Assembly (NCBI GenBank): GCA_036496685.1
Contig: DASXKT010000285.1
Span: forward strand, 1-49,082
Origin: Phenylobacterium sp.
GTDB lineage: Bacteria; Pseudomonadota; Alphaproteobacteria; Caulobacterales; Caulobacteraceae
DNA length: 49,082 nt
Direction: 5' to 3'
The position numbers and the translations under genes were made by a program. The notes below the pieces were generated by a model that saw only the letters and a list, made by a program, of their open reading frames with translations, searched no databases and was not told the origin of the DNA. Shown here in pieces: positions 46,346-49,082 of this stretch; the stretch's first letter is position 1; each line of letters starts with the position of its first letter.

Positions 46346-47425
46346 TTAAGCCTCCATCACGCGCTTGAGCGCCGCGCCGACGCGCTTCTGACCGGGGAAG
46401 TATTCCCATTCGAAGGCGTGAGGATAGGGCGTGTCCCAGCCGGTCACCCGCTCGATGGGAGACTCCAGGTGATAGAAGCACGCCTCCTGGACCAGCGCCG
46501 AGAGTTCGGCGCCGAAGCCCGAAGTCCGCGTCGCCTCGTGCACGATCACGCAGCGGCCGGTCTTCTTCACCGAGGCGGTGATCGCCTCGATGTCGACGGG
46601 CGCCAGCGTACGAAGGTCAACCACCTCGGCATCGACGCCCACCGCCTCCGCCGCGGCCACGGCCACGTGCACCATCGTGCCGTAGGCCAGGACCGTCACC
46701 TCCGAGCCTTCACGCGCGATACGGGCCTTGCCCAGCGGCACCTTGTAGTAGCCGACCGGCACGTCGTTCCCTTCGATCTTCTGCCAGGGCGTGACCGGCG
46801 CGTCGGGATTGCCGTCGAAGGGGCCGTTGTAGAGCCGCTTGGGCTCGAAGATCACCACCGGGTCGTCGTCCTCGATGGCCGCGATCAGCAGGCCCTTCGC
46901 GTCATAGGGCGTCGAGGGGATCACCGTCTTGATGCCCGCAACGTGGGTGAACAGCGCCTCCGGGCTCTGGCTGTGGGTCTGACCGCCGAAGATGCCGCCG
47001 CCGTAGGGCGTTCGGATGGTCATCGGGCACCAGAAGTCGCCCGCCGAGCGGTAGCGGAGCCGCGCCGCCTCCGACACGATCTGGTCGTAGCCCGGGTAGA
47101 TGTAGTCGGCGAACTGGATCTCGACGCAGGGGCGCAGGCCATAGGCCGCCATGCCGATGGCCGTTCCGATCAGGCCCGCCTCGGCGATGGGCGTGTCGAA
47201 GCAGCGGTTCAGGCCATGCTTCTTCTGCAGACCCTCCGTGGCGCGGAACACGCCGCCGAAGTAGCCGACGTCCTCGCCGAACACGAGCACGTCGGGATCG
47301 CGCCCGAGCATCACGTCCATGGCCGAGTTGATCGACTGGATCATGTTCATCTTGGCCGTCTCGGGACGCGTGGCCCCTGCGTCGGCCTTGCCGGCGGCGC
47401 TCGGCGTGGTCATCGGCTTGTTCAT
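46346..47425 (-). CDS. bkdA2: Branched-chain alpha-keto acid dehydrogenase E1 beta
   Basis: GEDVGYFGGVFR, EIQFADY, GGQTHSQSPE, VHEA and WDTPYPH..EW.YFPG. Confidence 0.94.
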   Translation of the reverse strand: MNKPMTTPSAAGKADAGATRPETAKMNMIQSINSAMDVMLGRDPDVLVFGEDVGYFGGVFRATEGLQKKHGLNRCFDTPIAEAGLIGTAIGMAAYGLRPCVEIQFADYIYPGYDQIVSEAARLRYRSAGDFWCPMTIRTPYGGGIFGGQTHSQSPEALFTHVAGIKTVIPSTPYDAKGLLIAAIEDDDPVVIFEPKRLYNGPFDGNPDAPVTPWQKIEGNDVPVGYYKVPLGKARIAREGSEVTVLAYGTMVHVAVAAAEAVGVDAEVVDLRTLAPVDIEAITASVKKTGRCVIVHEATRTSGFGAELSALVQEACFYHLESPIERVTGWDTPYPHAFEWEYFPGQKRVGAALKRVMEA

Positions 47426-47427
47426 CG

Positions 47428-48735
<1,308 letters not shown>

Positions 48736-49082
48736 TTATCGATCCAAATGCACACAAGTGATCCGTTTCGGCCAGGTTTGGGCAAGTCCCTTGCCAACGT
48801 CCTGGCCTCCTTCGAGAATTCATTCCAACGCATTCTGATATCAGGGTTGGTTTAACCCCGCATTTAGATTCCGCGGGGATATTTCGACGCGGGGCGCGAA
48901 CCCAGCGGCGCGAAGCGTCCGCGCCGCACGCCGGTGATGAAAACTCGGCCTTCTGTGAGCAGAAACTTGTCGCCGAGCGTCACTTCTGGGCGCCACATCG
49001 CAATTTTCTTCCTTCTGCCCCTCGCGCGCGCTTTAGAAGATCATATAAGATCACCGCAATTGCTTGCCAAAAGCGTGCCCCC

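Overview
GC-rich alphaproteobacterial chromosomal segment; gene content and order suggest Caulobacteraceae (inference). It is mostly housekeeping and metabolic DNA. In order: the 3' end of a TonB-dependent receptor, a TPR-sulfotransferase and YeiH transporter, and a hybrid sensor kinase; a URC-type operon (GTP cyclohydrolase II-like URC1, URC4/Urg3, upp) divergent from guaD; an aldehyde dehydrogenase and AGE epimerase, an XRE regulator, and tlpA with argH-lipoprotein-lysA; hpt and an MJ0042 zinc-finger gene, ftsEX-ydcF-plsC, chaC and DUF2125; tRNA-Met(CAT), an OmpA lipoprotein, an HWE kinase, GT4-asnB, a flavin oxidoreductase, an M1 peptidase, a serine hydrolase, and a branched-chain keto-acid dehydrogenase operon. 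The strongest novelty candidate is a two-gene unit at 18.7-20.5 kb: an output-less membrane heme-c (DUF3365-like)/HAMP sensor followed by a TIR protein that keeps its catalytic Glu and carries two GPIA helical repeats. Second is an intact IS630-family element (42160-43634) carrying a divergent LexA-like HTH passenger whose stop codon is supplied by the insertion site. No CRISPR, rRNA or prophage was seen. All family calls come from motif recognition by eye; no database search was run.
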